DNA of 62,975 nt, filler included, from Folioceros fuciformis (Eukaryota): NCBI GenBank assembly GCA_049999805.1. It is 8 parts of 8 records of this genome, joined end to end, with 100 filler letters (N's around TTAATTAATTAA, not from the genome) between each part and the next. Parts side by side here need not be neighbours in the genome. Positions count along the whole stretch, not along the records: positions 21,416 to 33,304 come from JBNGIO010001244.1; positions 33,405 to 36,917 come from JBNGIO010001246.1; 6 more parts are not named here. One strand, 5' to 3'. The position numbers were made by a program, and so were the translations under genes. Shown piece after piece: positions 22,760 to 36,400 of this stretch; position 1 is the first letter of the stretch, and the number at the start of each line of letters is the position of its first letter. A model generated the notes under the pieces. That model did not search any database. It was not told the DNA's origin and was given only the letters and a program-made list of their open reading frames with translations.

Positions 22760-24753
22760 CTACACTACAGGAGAGATTTCACAGGGACGGTAAGCGGTCC
22801 AGGAGGGCATGGAGTTTCTCAACATGAACTCTTGGCTACGGGGTGAGGAGGAGCACAGGATCTTGGCAGTGCACAGCTCGTCGGCTTTCGGGGGCACCGT
22901 GGGCTTGAATTTGAGGAGCTTGGAGTAAGCCTGGAGGAGGTGGAGCATGTAGTCATAGACGAAGTCCATGTGCAGCTCTTCTTGCATGAATGTTTGCCCT
23001 CGCTGGGCGATTTCCTTGGCCTGGCACACAACAGGGAGGAGGGCGTTCAGACTGGAGAGAGTTATGACGAAAGGAGAAAAACGCGTTGAAGGGTCGCAGC
23101 ACCTCTGCCTCATGGCTGTCGCCCCAAGCCACTTGGGAGTCGAGGGAGTGGCATAGGTCGTCCTGGGAGACAGGGAGAAAATGCATCATGGGTTGCAAAC
23201 TCCGGGTGAAGAATTCGTAGTACTGGGAAGCGATTGCCAGCATCGGGGAGCCACAAGACATGATGAATTTGTAGCTCACGGACCATGCATTTCCTTCAGC
23301 ATAAATCAAGTACCTGCACATCACAGGACATGCCTGAGACATGCATTGCTTGCAGCCACGACGGGAGACTACGGGATGCACCAGAAACCTCATCACCTGT
23401 ACTTGCAATGGGAGGCAAGACTTGACGACTTGAACCCGTTGGCTCTCTCTGCACCCCAATTCTGCTCAGCATCACGCCACGCGCAGCCGTTTAGCCGCAC
23501 CCAGAATCCATCCACGGCAGGAAAGCAAAACAAGCCTATCCCTTGGAAACAAACCCAGACGAGACACGTGCACTCTGTACAACCTGCTCAAAGACATGAA
23601 CGGTCGATTCAGGATTCTTGGAAGCGTCACACTGAAGCAAAAGCCGGCGAATGCTTCCAACCAATGGGTTCCCTTTCCAGAAGGTAATCCTCTCCCGATC
23701 CTCCCACTTGCGCTCTTTGGCAGCCCGGAAAATGCTGTCTCCCGTCACTTTCCAGGGCTGCACATCAACCTCAGGCCTGCAAAACCCACACCATCGCAGG
23801 CCCTCAACACCGCGCCAAACCCTGTACCCAAAGCAGCAGGCGAGGAAGCCATCACACGTACCATCCCCAAAAAGACCAGTCAGGAAAGGGGACATTCAAA
23901 TAGCCCGGCGTGGTGCAGTAGCTGAAACCGATCGGAATCCCGGCCGGGTTCTTGGCCTCGGCCCTGGGGATGTTAGGGCAGTCCCCCGCCCAAAACACCA
24001 TGTCCACATCCGGAACCTGGCCGGGATACCTCTCCAGCAGCAGAGCCAGCCCCCACAGCGTGAATTGGCCTCTCGTCTCAAAAGTTTTGTCGTAGTACTC
24101 CCCATACATCTTGCCGTTCACGATCACTACCCTAAAATGCGCCCCGAAGCTCCTGGCAGCCAGCACGTTGTCCAGCCTCACCCCGGCCTCCTTCCAGGGC
24201 TCCAGATCGTGGTGGATCCACCTGAAGTAGTCGGGGCATCGGCGGGTGGCATTGGCGAGCCACCAGCCGCTGGGAGTGGGCTCCTGCACCAGCCGGGAGT
24301 AGGGGCAGGCGAACCTCTCGCACCACGTCCGGGCCGCATTGCCGAAGATCCTGGCCGCCCAGGGGGCCTTGGGATCTGGGGATCCCCGCAACCCGTCAAA
24401 CCAGTCCCGCCTCTCCACCCTGGGCTTGTACTCATCCTGGGGCAAGGAGGAGGACCCATTCCACCCTACCTGCTGCTTCACCCAATCTGGGAATCCCTTC
24501 CAGGCAATCAGCTGGGCAGAGAGAGCGGAGCAGCAATGAGTGTCAGATCAGAGGAAGGGGGAGGGTGGGGGAAGAAGCAAGGCCAGGCTCAGCCAGAGGA
24601 GCACCCTCGGTGCCAGGGGAGGGGGAGGCGTACCTGGAGTCCCACCACCGCCAGCAGCACCAGGCCCACAGCCACCAGAATTCGCTGCCGCGCGTTGCCC
24701 GTCTTGGGCAGGCAGCAGGCCGGAAGGAAAGCCGAATTGCCCAATAACTTCAT
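22760..24753 (-). CDS. Glycosyltransferase family 90 / CAP10-domain protein (type II membrane)
   Basis: Anchor RQRILVAVGLVLLAVVGLQ in exon 24753-24634; CPDYFRWIHHDLEPW, TRGQFTLWG, PDVDMVF, FPDWSFWGWPEV, WKGNP, YLIYAEGNAWSVSYKFIMSCGS, MDFVYDYMLHLL. Confidence 0.93.
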
Positions 24754-25997
24754 CCCTCCCGCCCGGATCTACGGGATGCATCTCCCGTCGCAAAGCTGGG
24801 ACATTTGCAGGGTATCCAGATCAACAATGTGAAATCTCTGGCTGCGATCGTTGAAGGGGCCGGATGTTGCGGGTGTAGGTCGATGCATGCGGGTGCCTGT
24901 GATCCAGATGTGGCCTTGGGTGGGCATTTGGAACTGGATGATGTGTAGCAGGTCACCCCGCGGACTTGGCGCCCTGTACATGGTTCTCACTTCGCCCAGA
25001 TACAGCCACGCAGACGAATCAGAGAGAAAAGAAAACCCCGATTCTCTTCCTCTCGTCTCTCATTAATTGCGCCAGTGCTGCCCCGGGCTCCTAGACGACA
25101 AGATCCCAGCCTTGTCTCTCGGTTTCCACCCTGGCCTCGGTTACAAGCATACATACACGTATGTACGTACATTCATACAGACGTGTGTACATACACTATG
25201 TATGTACGCCATGTACATACACCTAGGTGTATTTACAAGAAAGCCAGGATTAGGAAACCTCGCCTTTATGAGAGAAATAACAGGGTGGAAACGAAGGACG
25301 AGCGCAACGCACGTGGTCAGAGGGTCATGTGACTCATGTCCTTAACATACAGTACGTACTTACTGCATGCATCTATGTATGGACAGGGGACGCACTCTCA
25401 GGAACCACAGGGTTGCCACAAGGTGTGTACTGTACTTCCCCTGCTCATTTGTATGTCCTGTCTCTTGTGATGACAACACATTCTCCACCTGGAATCCACC
25501 AAACAACGACAGTTCTTCTGGACTCCAAACAACGACAATTCTCCAGATATGTATACAAACAAACCAACCGCCTGGCTGCAGAGGGCAGACCTGACAGCAA
25601 CAGATAATCCTACATCTGTAGAACTCATCGGGCAGGCATAGCTGGCACAGGGAAACTTGGAAAGGGAGTGAAGCTTGGAAAGAGCACTCACTGTGGAACG
25701 GAAAATCACCCAGGGTTTTGGATCAGTCAATGAGGAGAGGAAGTGATGGACTGGGAGTTGACGGGTTTGGGATGCTGTAGGATGTGGGTGCAGTGGTTGC
25801 GTGTGAGCCCGCAAAGCCGACACGAATTCGACTACTACAATCTGGGAATAGATAGATACTATACAACAGGGGGCACGGTCGGTGAAATCGGATTTCCATC
25901 TTTTCAATGCCCAAAGAATGAGGATCTCCTGGCTACTGGCTATTTCGATTTACGTATCCCGCAATTGCTACCAAAAAGGAAAGGGGAGCTGTGAGGG

Positions 25998-26017
25998 GGA
26001 GAGAGAGAGAGAGAGAG
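25998..26017. repeat. (GA)n microsatellite just downstream of the COBRA-like stop codon
   Basis: gagagagagagagagagag. Confidence 0.8.
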
Positions 26018-26034
26018 CGCCTGCAGGGTATTCA

Positions 26035-28171
26035 CTACCAAATACCACCCGGCCCCAAGGCTAAGAGAAGCAGGGCTACCACGCAAGCACCAAGCCAGGA
26101 TGATGGTGACCTGAGGGAGAAGGCGCTGGAGGGGATCTGGTCTGGTAGTGAGCACACCTCGCCGTTGAATATGACCTGTGATGGGAAGCCGTCACCCTTG
26201 GCAATGTCGAGCGGCGGGAACACGTTGATGCCTTTCTTCGTGAAGGATATGCTGGATTGCATTTTGCCTGAATCAAAGCCCTGGTTTGTCTCCTGAGCGC
26301 CGATCAGGTAGTTCAGACCTTCAAAGCCGTGGAAGAAGACCGTGTTGTTCAGGTCCCCCGTGAGCTTGGTGCCGTTGAACGAGTAGATGTTCTGATAGCC
26401 AGCCACGGATCTGTTTAGCTGCACTGCAGCGAACCAATCTGCTTGAGACACGTTCCCCCAGTTGAACAGAGTCACCCTGGCGCTCCAGCCGGTGGTGTAA
26501 TCCGAGTAGATGTGCCAGTTGATGTTGATCGGACAGTTATCCCCACAAGGTGCGATCGCAGGCTGCCGCAGCTTCCTCTGGATTGCCCACGACTTGGCCA
26601 CCCTGCTCCTGTTCGCAAACGGGACTAGAAGCTCATAAGTTGGAAGTAGCAAGGCCTCCCCAGTTTGATCGCAAGTCTGAGGGGAATCAGGAGACTTGAA
26701 GTAGATAGGGTTGGGCCGCTCCGGACACCCGCAAGCACATGTCGGGCAGGGAATCACAGAGTCGTTGTAAAAGGCCGAAAATGAGACGCAGCATTTGGTC
26801 TTCACCGGCGAGGGAACGGTGATGTTGCACGTCACTTGCCAGGTCATCACAGCAGAGATGAACCGCTGATAGTTGGTCGGATCAGGAAACTCACTCGGTT
26901 CCACCACAATTGGGTTGGAGCAAGTGTAGCGCTCACCGATGCTCCACAGGCTAGGGGGCACAAGGTGGTCCCTGCTGGCAGAAGCTTGCAACTTGTTCAC
27001 TCCCAGTAAAAACATGGACTTGGACTGCATAGGGTCCATGATCTTGGGAAGCAAGGTTCCATTCCTGCAGCAGAAGGGAATCTGCCCCACCTGGCTGTCG
27101 TTGTACTTGTCAGGGGTGAGATCCACAATGGTAGGAGTAATTTGACAGCTCACCACCTTAGTGAAGTCCGCACCCGGATTTTCCACTCCAGGTTCACCAT
27201 TGATGCAGTCTGCTTGGTCTTGTTCCGTGGTCACTGCTCCCTTCATCCATTGTATGTACTCTCCTTCCGTCCAGGTCCAGTTCAGACTCCAGTTGTCCAC
27301 CCGCCCAAGGGGATTGTCGTTGGACATAGTGACTTGAGCCACGTAGCTCCCTGTATTTGTTTGCAGCACATCATACACTAAGGTGACATCACCCGTCTCC
27401 CGTGGCGAGTACAGGGGAGCTAAATCCTTATTGACAGCATCTTTGTCCTCAGCACAGCACACCGCCAGCGTATCATTTGCTGCAAAAGGTGAACAATACC
27501 GTCAGATACATACAGCGAATGCAGTGAGCAGAAGAAAAACTTAGCAGGTGGACTAATCTATCGAATCTACACCACTTCCAACCTACCAAACTCCAACTGC
27601 GATGCTCAGGCAGCTTACCGATAAGCGTAGCGATCCCACACTGCCACCCGGGGTTCAGAAAGCTGATGTTGTGCGGCAACGGAAAAGATGTGCTATTAAA
27701 ATTTCCAAGAATTGTCCCCTTAAGGTTGACTACGGCCTGAATCTTCGAGAGATCTCCAGCGGTCTCCCTAGCTGTGAGCAGGTTCCCGTTGGGAAAGCCC
27801 TGGAGCACAGTTCCGTTGTCCACCTGAGCTGGAAGCGGAGATCCGTCCGCCAACACTGTAGATGGAGCCGACACGAGCACCGTCCTGTTGAGGAATCCAA
27901 CAAACACCTGCCAGTTCCTCACCTCCTCGAACCCGTGGTTTGTGACTGTCAAAACGTCATTAAACACATACGGCTGATCAGCATCCCCCTTCGGCAGCAT
28001 CGGGTAAGTCCGCGTAACCCCTCCCGACCTATAACTCAAGACCACTCCTACACACGACTCCGTCAGATTCGAGCTAGTCTGACAAGCCGCCTCCTTCACC
28101 AAAACCAGAACCAGCAGCGGCAGCAGCAGCACGGCAGGCCACATCCATCTTCCTCCACCAAACGGCCTCAT
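26035..28171 (-). CDS. COBL: COBRA-like GPI-anchored protein (COBL7-11 subgroup)
   Basis: Two exons, 28171-27619 and 27479-26035. Signal peptide, CCRNGTLLP, KCCVSFSAFYNDSVIPCPTCACGC, CGDNCPININWH, GDGFPSQVIFNGEVCSLP and a hydrophobic C-terminal tail. Confidence 0.95.
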
Positions 28172-29419
28172 TTTCCTCCCCCTCCGGCTCCAAGAAACGG
28201 ATCCAAAACCTACTCCCGCCGCCGCGCACTCCAGATCTCACAGATCCTCCACACACACTGTCAAGTCCCTCCGTTCCAACACACGCAGCCTCCTCCAGCA
28301 TCCGGAATTGCCACACATTCAACGCGACACCGCGCGTCGCATACCCGATCCTCTGCTCCACCGCCGCGCCAATCCGAAGTGCGATTCGGGGGAAAAACGC
28401 GCCGTTGCAGCCACAGGTTCCGCACGCAAGAAACACAAGTGCCGGTGCCTGTGCCGGTGCCACAGCAAAAATGCCTGCCTCCAGCTCGCAGCCGCTGCAG
28501 GGCTGACCACAGTGCCGCAGCGGAAACTTCGCGGCCTTCCTTCAGAACCTGTCAGCGCGACGCGGAGAGGGCGGCAGCAGGCAATTCCCCGGAACACCTG
28601 GAAGCCAGCAACACCATAGCTGTATATCACACTACCCGGCGCCTTCTTTCTTCCCCGGAGGAACTGCTGGCAGGATACTGTAATTCCTCTCGGGTCTCCT
28701 GGTCCCAGACCACCCGCCTGCAGTTTGAACGATGCCACCGCATCGCGCGGCAACCAACGGTAAAAAGCCGAGCAGGGTCCCGACTCCCGAACCGACCCAG
28801 ACCAGGCTCGGCAGCCTCCGCAGTCAAGTCCACGTTCCCCTCCCGTCTCACACGAACACTGTTCAGGACGCGTGGGTCCTTTGTGACCCGCTTACTTTGC
28901 AGGTTCTTTTGCTTTTTCTTGTACAGTGAGGAAGGGTACCCGAGATCTTGTCGCCGGGCATGCTTTTGTACAACTGGGTAGGCATCTGCACAGTTTGGAA
29001 ATGAATCGTCTCACCTCACTTCTCTGCAATCTGGTGGGTGTGGGATGCTAAACGACCTGCGACTTCATCATCAATCTTTTGAAGTTTTCACGACAATTGA
29101 AAACGTAATTCGGTTCAGAGGACGATGGTTATGCTTTAAGGGACATACCGAGAACTCACAAAGACCATTCCAATGTCATGATCAGACTCCAACCCACACC
29201 AACTTGGACTGATGCCAATTACGTGACGCAACAACAACAATGACATTTAAGTCCGACGGGGTGGAAAGATCACCAGGGCACACAGAAGAAAGTAAAGCTA
29301 AAGCATAGACACCTTAAATTCCTTGTGAACACCTTGTAAATCAGGGCTAAGAATCAAGGGTTGAAGCCCTTGGAATTACCCAGCAGTCCTCCTATTGGTA
29401 AGTGGAGACGGAAGCTCTT

Positions 29420-30430
29420 TCTGGCTGCACAGGCCTTTGGGAGGCTGGCAGAAGTGGCAAGGTGAACCAAAATCAGCCTCTCCTGCTCCATTTGTCCATC
29501 TAGAACAAGCACCTCTTGGCCGAGACATTGCTCCACATACCCGACTATCAAGGGGGTCCGTGTAACCACATCCTTTGTTCATGCTGTGAGCTGCCTTGTA
29601 GTGCGTAGTCCCGTTCAGACATGTTTCGCAGACCTGTCCACCAGGTAGTTAGTTGCCCACCGCTACGTTATCCAGCAGTCCTGTTTCCCGAGTCTGCGAG
29701 TGTCCCAGCCTGCCCTTCAGGGAAGCACCAACGCCTGCAGAGTCCTTCAGAGGGCAAGCGAAAGTATCATGGTTGGCTGTACTGAGGCCGCCTTCTTGCT
29801 CCATCCACAAGAATTGCTGCCTGCATGCCCAGCCAACAAGCCATCCCATGACACCACATTTAGCATACAGGTCCACCACGTAGAAGACCACGTGAGTATC
29901 ATCCAGCAGTCCCTCTTTCAACAACCAGCGAGTGCAGCTGCCTGCTCTTCCGTAACGAACCAGTGCTTACAGGGCGTGAAGAAGCCCGGTCAAAGACATA
30001 TGATCACACAAAATCATCCCCTCCTGCCCCATTCGTCCATACAGAACAAGTGCCTCATGCGCGAGCCCTTGCTTGGCATACCCGGCTACCAGGGCATTCC
30101 ATGCCACGACATTCTGTGCCTTGCATGTTTCAGTTCACCACATTTTGCATTCTCACATATCAGGGCATTCCATGTCACCACATCCTTCGTGGCCATGCTG
30201 TCAAAACCCTGTTCCGCATCGTCAAATGTCCACAAGGCAGGTAGGTGCCAACAAACAAGTTTAGAGGAATGTACCTTTCTGCCGGATTTCAAGACGGCGG
30301 CAGATGCACAAGCTTGAAGGGGATCTACAAACACGTGAACATCTATCTGCCTTCCACCCCTTCACCCACGCATCTCGTGGTACACCTGTATGGTCACACT
30401 GGGTCTCCGTGCTTAGCATCAAGCAAAGCA
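29420..30430 (-). pseudogene. Degenerate PLS-class PPR gene
   Basis: Fragments KDVVTWNALI, NVVAWNALVAGYAKQGLAHEALVLYGRMGQEG, VDLYAKCG and TFACPLK lie in different frames with stops and deletions. Boundaries are approximate. Confidence 0.8.
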
Positions 30431-30955
30431 GGCTCAGACGGGCTGTTCAACCACAGGACCTCGCCGGACCCCTTCCACACGAGGTAAGGCAAACAGGAGC
30501 TTCCCTCATCTCGTCTGCTCTCCACGACAAAGAATTGTTCCTACAAGAACATCCTGCCTCCCGGCGCCAACCATCGCTGGGAAACCCTGCCCCATCCAAA
30601 CAGTTTCTCGGAAGTGGAAATGCTAGGCTCGTCACGCAACTACGCCTGGAGCCCATCTCCGCTCTTTGGGTCTCAGTCCTCTGGAAAATGGCGACCAGAA
30701 TCCCTCACCTAATAACATGGGCTTGGGGTGGGATTATCGAGAGCTTTAGCGCATTTTGTAGTAGATACCTACCGCCCTTCCAGTCCCGGCTAGTGCCCGC
30801 CTGACCCAGAGTTTACGGGCACGAGTTTAGTTGCACCTCAGGCCCTACAGTAGGTGGCCTCAGGCTCTGAGATCTGCTTCTCTTCCGCTTGTTCTCCAAC
30901 AAGCGACTCGTGCTGCACGTCGCGCGGTGCGCGAAGGCCCGTGAAGGACGTCAAA

Positions 30956-33304
30956 ATGGTATGAGCTTACGCTGGTAGGACGGACCCGTTGTGCGGTGGA
31001 TCTGTGTAGCCCGATCTATATTCTTGTGGAAGGGGCTTCAGAGTCTGTTTCTGGATACCTCCCTGGAAGGGGAACGTTCAGTGTCGCTTAGGTCTTAGCT
31101 AGCTGGATTCGGATTGATGGATTTGCAGCTGGAAGAGCATGGGGTTGGCTGGTCTATGCCGCGGTGCTGGATGCGCTTTCAGCTCTCTTCCGATTTTGCC
31201 ATCGCATTGGACCGAGTCTGATATTTCTCTTGCTGTGTTTTTTTGAAACGTGTCGTCACGGTCAGCCGCTTCGGCTCGAGATTAAGGTACCCTCACTCAA
31301 TCGTGAAATTGTTGCTCTCTGAGGCGTGCCAAGCTCCTTGCTTTGCACCTCGAATCAAGCGTCTGAAGTGTGTTTGCTGCTTGTACAGAGGAAGCTTGCG
31401 CAAAGGTCTGATCGAGTGAAGTGCGTGGATCTGCATCCGTCAGAGCCATGGTGAGCGCGGGTGCTCGAGGTTTGCTTCCTTAACATTTTTCCACAAAAGC
31501 GGTGTGCTCGTATTGACTTTGGATGTTCGTTTTGGAAGGATTCTTGCGACTCTGTACACTGGCAGTGTGTACATTTGGAACTACCAGTCTCAGGTGCTGA
31601 TTTCATGGCGTAAGTGACGCTTTGAGCTGTAGTTTGTGCGTGTCTTAGTTGCTCATTGCAATGTGTGATGTTGTTTTTACAGACCTTGGCCAAGTCTTTC
31701 GAGGTCTGCGAACTTCCAGGTGGGCTTCAGATGCATAGTGACTTTGCCATCTTGGTGTTGTGAGCAGTCGAGGACCGTACTGAGCCTTGTACCGTCCATA
31801 TTTCATCTTGCCCAGATAGTTGTTAAGTTCTCTGCTGTGGATTGAAACAGTGCGATCTGCGAAGTTCATCTCCCGGAAACAGTGGATCGTGGCGGGGGCT
31901 GACGATATGTTCATCAGAGTGTATAATTACAACACGATGGACAAAATAAAGTCTTTTGAAGCGCATACAGACTACATCAGATGTGTGGCGGTGCATCCTA
32001 CGCTGCCATATGTGCTCTCTTCTTCAGATGATATGCTCATCAAGCTCTGGGATTGGGACAAAGGGTGGTCGTGCACTCAAATCTTTGAGGGTCACTCACA
32101 TTATGTCATGCAAATTGCCTTTAACCCGAAGGACACCAACACTTTTGCCAGCGCATCACTGGACAGGACTATCAAGGTAGATCTGCAATGTTCCCACACG
32201 TGAGTCTGGGAAGCGTACTTTGTCACTCCCCAGCCTTGTTCATCACAAACACGTCATCTCTTTTCAGATCTGGAATTTGGGATCCCCCGAACCTAATTTC
32301 ACTCTGGAGGCACATGTGAAAGGCGTGAATTGTGTGGACTACTTCACAGGTGGCGACAGGCCATATTTGATCACTGGCTCGGACGATCAGACAGCAAAGG
32401 TTAGTGCTTGTTGAGTAGGTGGGAATGCAGCGGTGTATGATTATGAAGGCCCCTCTGGTCGAATTCAAGTGGCGTGTTGTTTTATGTAGGTGTGGGATTA
32501 CCAGACAAAAAGCTGTGTCCAGACTCTTGAGGGCCACACACACAATGTCTCAGCTGTTTGCTTCCATCCAGAGCTGCCAATTATCATTACAGGATCTGAA
32601 GATGGCACAGTTCGGATTTGGCATTCAACCACATACAGGTCAGTCATGTATGTTGGTTGGAAGAGGTTGGCCATTCTTATGTTTGCAGTCTGTTCATCTC
32701 ATGTGTTTGTTGGCAGACTGGAGAACACCTTGAATTATGGTCTGGAGCGCGTTTGGGCTATTGGTTATCTGAAGGGTTCAAACAGGTCAGCACGCCCGAG
32801 CAGTTGATCCATTTCACACTCCTTGTTTCTGCAGTCAGAGTTCCTCCTGACTTGGCATGTGCTATTGGCAGAGTTGCTGTTGGGTATGATGAGGGTACTA
32901 TCATGGTGAAACTCGGTAGAGAAGAGCCTGTTGCCAGCATGGATGGAGGAGGCAAGATCATATGGGCTAAGCACAACGAAATTCAGACTGTTAACATCAG
33001 ATCAGTTGGAGCAGATTTTGAGGTTCCTACTGCTGTTATGATGTGTCTCACGGCAATCTCAATTGTGGAGTCCGGAGGCCATGTTCCAATAGCATCCTGG
33101 TTAATGCAGGTAACAGATGGTGAGCGTCTCCCCCTGGCAGTGAAGGAGCTTGGGAGCTGTGATTTGTATCCCCAAGTAAGCGTTTTATTCATCATGGAAA
33201 TCACCTGAAATGTCTAGGTTTGTTTGTTACTCCTCATGCATTTCAATTTCAGGGCTGACAGCATTTCTCGTGGTCTTGCAGAGTTTGAAGCATAACCCCA
33301 ATGG
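30956..33304 (+). CDS. COPB2: Coatomer beta-prime subunit (SEC27/COPB2), 5' part, cut by a linker
   Basis: ATG-only first coding exon 30956-30958, 21-nt exon 31266-31286 (PLRLEIK), then [41 protein letters not shown] and [18 protein letters not shown]. Confidence 0.96.
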
Positions 33305-33481
33305 NNNNNNNNNNNNNNNNNNNNNNNNNNNNNNNNNNNNNNNNNNNNTTAATTAATTAANNNNNNNNNNNNNNNNNNNNNNNNNNNNNNNNNNNNNNNN
33401 NNNNCCCTGTTTAATCTTGTTCGAAAGGGCTTTTCGTCCCTCGGCGTGGTTCCGGCTCATTGGTTTGTTGACGTATTTCAG

Positions 33482-36400
33482 AGAAACAGGAGCTGTGGAG
33501 CATTGCAGTGGACAACCTGAAGCAGCTCATACTGTCCGAAAAATGGGAGAACCGACATGGTGGCCTCATGGGGGCGAAGGTTCGCCAGTACTGGATGCCG
33601 TCTACTTGGCCTTGTAAGCATTAGGTTTTTTTATTCTCAGTTTTTATTTTGTTTCTGTGAGTCACAGATTATACTTTCGCATTTTCGGGAGGGAAGCTTT
33701 GCAGAGGAGTTGCAGGAGCTTGCTGTGTCGTATTTGGAGGACAAGGACCCGCTAGTGAGGTCAGATTGTTGTGCCTGATCTACGAACGTGCACAGAAAAC
33801 CAATTTCCTTACCTAATGTGGACTTATTTTTTCATCAGACTGGCTGCAGGGGAGTGTCTTGGTGCCCTTGCGAAAGAAAGGGGCCCTGATGTCTATCTCT
33901 CGTCTAAGACGTATGTGTCAGGAGTCCAGACCCTTAAGGATCTTGCGAGTTTTGGTGTTGTTTTCCCCCAATTCTGTAATGTATTTCATTTGCTCAGTCT
34001 TTATCATTCTGCAGCCGTGTCTTCAAGTCAATAGAAGACCATCTTGATACCAGTTGCGTGTTGGAGGACGAGGGGTTGTCGGGAGCTACTGTGACTAGCA
34101 CCACGCACAAACAGGTGCTGCTGGCATGTTTCTTAGTATTGCTCTACGTAAGAGTGTCATAAGGTGAAGCAAATGCTGGTGATGCAATGTTGTTACTTGG
34201 CCATCATAGTACTGTCCATACTATTACATGACTCTTGCACCTCTCCTGTCCGTGGCTCATGTCAGCAGAATACGGCAGGAGGGCAGAAAATTCAGGAAAC
34301 ATCATTGAGGGCATTGCAGCACCTTATAGAAGGTTGTGGAGACAATTTCAGTTCTGATGGTGACCCTCTAGTGCTGAGACTTATCCTGAAAACTTTGCAA
34401 GACAGAAATCATTCCGTGAGGGAGGCAGGATTCTCTGTTCTCTCTTCTTTTTGTGGCCTGTGCAACACAGAGACATTAAAGCAGTAATTTCTCTGACTGT
34501 GTTTGCTACGTCCTTCGATTTTTTCCACGGACTGAGAGGTCTGTCGTGTTTGACCTTGTCTGCCATGGATTACGTATGATCTGTAACATGCTAGCTGCTG
34601 TCCTCTGAGAAAACATGTCCTGAACCTTGCAGACATGGACCGGAAATAGCTGAAAGTCTTTCACAGGGGCTCAGTGACCGCTGGAGTCAAGTCCGATACG
34701 GTAACCAGGTCTCCATGTCGTTTGTTGCCCCTTCTTGCTGATTGTGACAACTAAAACGTTTCTGGATGGCAGAGGCATCGATAGCAGTAAGAATGTTCTT
34801 CACAAGGACACAAGCATTCCATGCCGAGTTTCTTCCAATCCTTCTTCCAGCAATGTATGGTAAATTTGTTCTAGCAGTAGTTGAACTGCTGCAAGCTCGA
34901 CCCCTGTGTACTTTCCCTTTCATTCATGCTGGACCCTGGAGCGCAGCTCTTGGTTCATTATTCTTACACAAACTTGTGATGGTCAGGTGCCTCAACCGGT
35001 ACTATGGGGCCGAAGGAGTCAGGTTGTACTCTCAGGAAACTTGGAAGACCGTGCTGGGAACCGGGGGAAGGCAGAAAGTTGGTGAACATGTGGATCGGGT
35101 TGTATCTTACTATCTGCAGCAGGCGCAGGCAGCAAATCCATTGATCCGAGAGGTCCGTTGCGTTGATGTCCGATCCTGGCTCCACTGCTCTATCTTGAAT
35201 CACGTAGAACACAACGCCTTTGAACTGTGCAGGCAACTTGTTTTTGTGTCTCAGAGCTTGTTGCTAAGCTTGATCACCAGGTACTGCAGTTCACTTGTTG
35301 CTGCCAGCATGTTGCAAGTGGTGCCTGTCACCATTGTTTCCTTTCCTTCTCTGCATGAATGTGTTTGATTCGCAGGTCCTCATTCCTTATGTGCAATCCC
35401 TCCTTACGGCCTTAATATCCTCTTCTGAGGATCCAAGCTTTTCTGTGCGTGATGCTGCTTGCACTGGTGAGGGGTGTTTTGAGTTGGCAAGGCAAATGAA
35501 ATTTTTGATTGAGTTACTTATCGGTTTCATGGTTATGACTACAGCTACGGGGCGCGTAATCTCTGAGTTTCCAGACGAGGCAAAATCTTATCTGCCTCAG
35601 TTGTATGAGCTGTGGACTGCTCATCTTGCGGACAGTATCTTTCCAACACATGTGCTGTTGTAGATTTATGTGTGTTGGCTGTTGTTCGAGCGCAGTCTTC
35701 ATTAACTGGATTACAGACGTTATCAGTGTGAGAGAAAACTCAGCGTTTGCTCTTGGATCGGCAATGCGCACGTACAAAGACGACGCAGTGGAAAAGGTTT
35801 GCTATCTCTGGTGCTTGTTCGGGTTGTGGAGCGCAAGGTTGAGTGTTGATACGGTGGTTTGATGGGTTGGCTTGCATAGAACCATGGTTTTAAGAAATGT
35901 AAGGGTCTCTGATGTGGGTGAGTTTCCTGCCGAGCAGGTGATCGAGATTCTGCAAAAAAATTTGCCCAAGGCAAAGGAACAACCAAGTGATGTCGAGTCT
36001 CAGAGATCTGCGAGGAACTGTCATCCGAATATGTACCCCGCTGCAGTTGCAGTCTCAGTTCGCTGTCATTCCTCTCAAGAAATCTGTATCGCTTGTAGAC
36101 ACGCCACACACGGAGAACTATGGGAAGCATCTGAAGGAGCCATCTACTTGCTACGTGAACTCACCAATGCAGCACCCGAGCGAGCTGTGGCCTTCCTTCC
36201 GCTGCTATCTGAACTGGTGAGCAAGTATTTCTGTTGGCAGTCAGCTGTGTGCCACAAAATTTGTTTCTCCGGACATGAACGTGCCTAATGAGCAGCTTAA
36301 CGCCCCGTCTCTTGTGGACAGTGTTACTGTACGAACTTTCGGAAGTATCCTTATCTCCTAGAGACATTGTACCGATTGCTACCTTCTATGGCAGAGGTAC

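Noticed and set aside
25143-25225. Palindrome-rich TACA/TGTA tract
   Set aside because: Low-complexity alternating purine-pyrimidine sequence with no long stem.
27602-28981. 459-aa plus-strand ORF (likewise 23651-24832, 39344-40135 and 20552-21367)
   Set aside because: These are antisense shadows of real GC-rich exons and have no recognisable domains.
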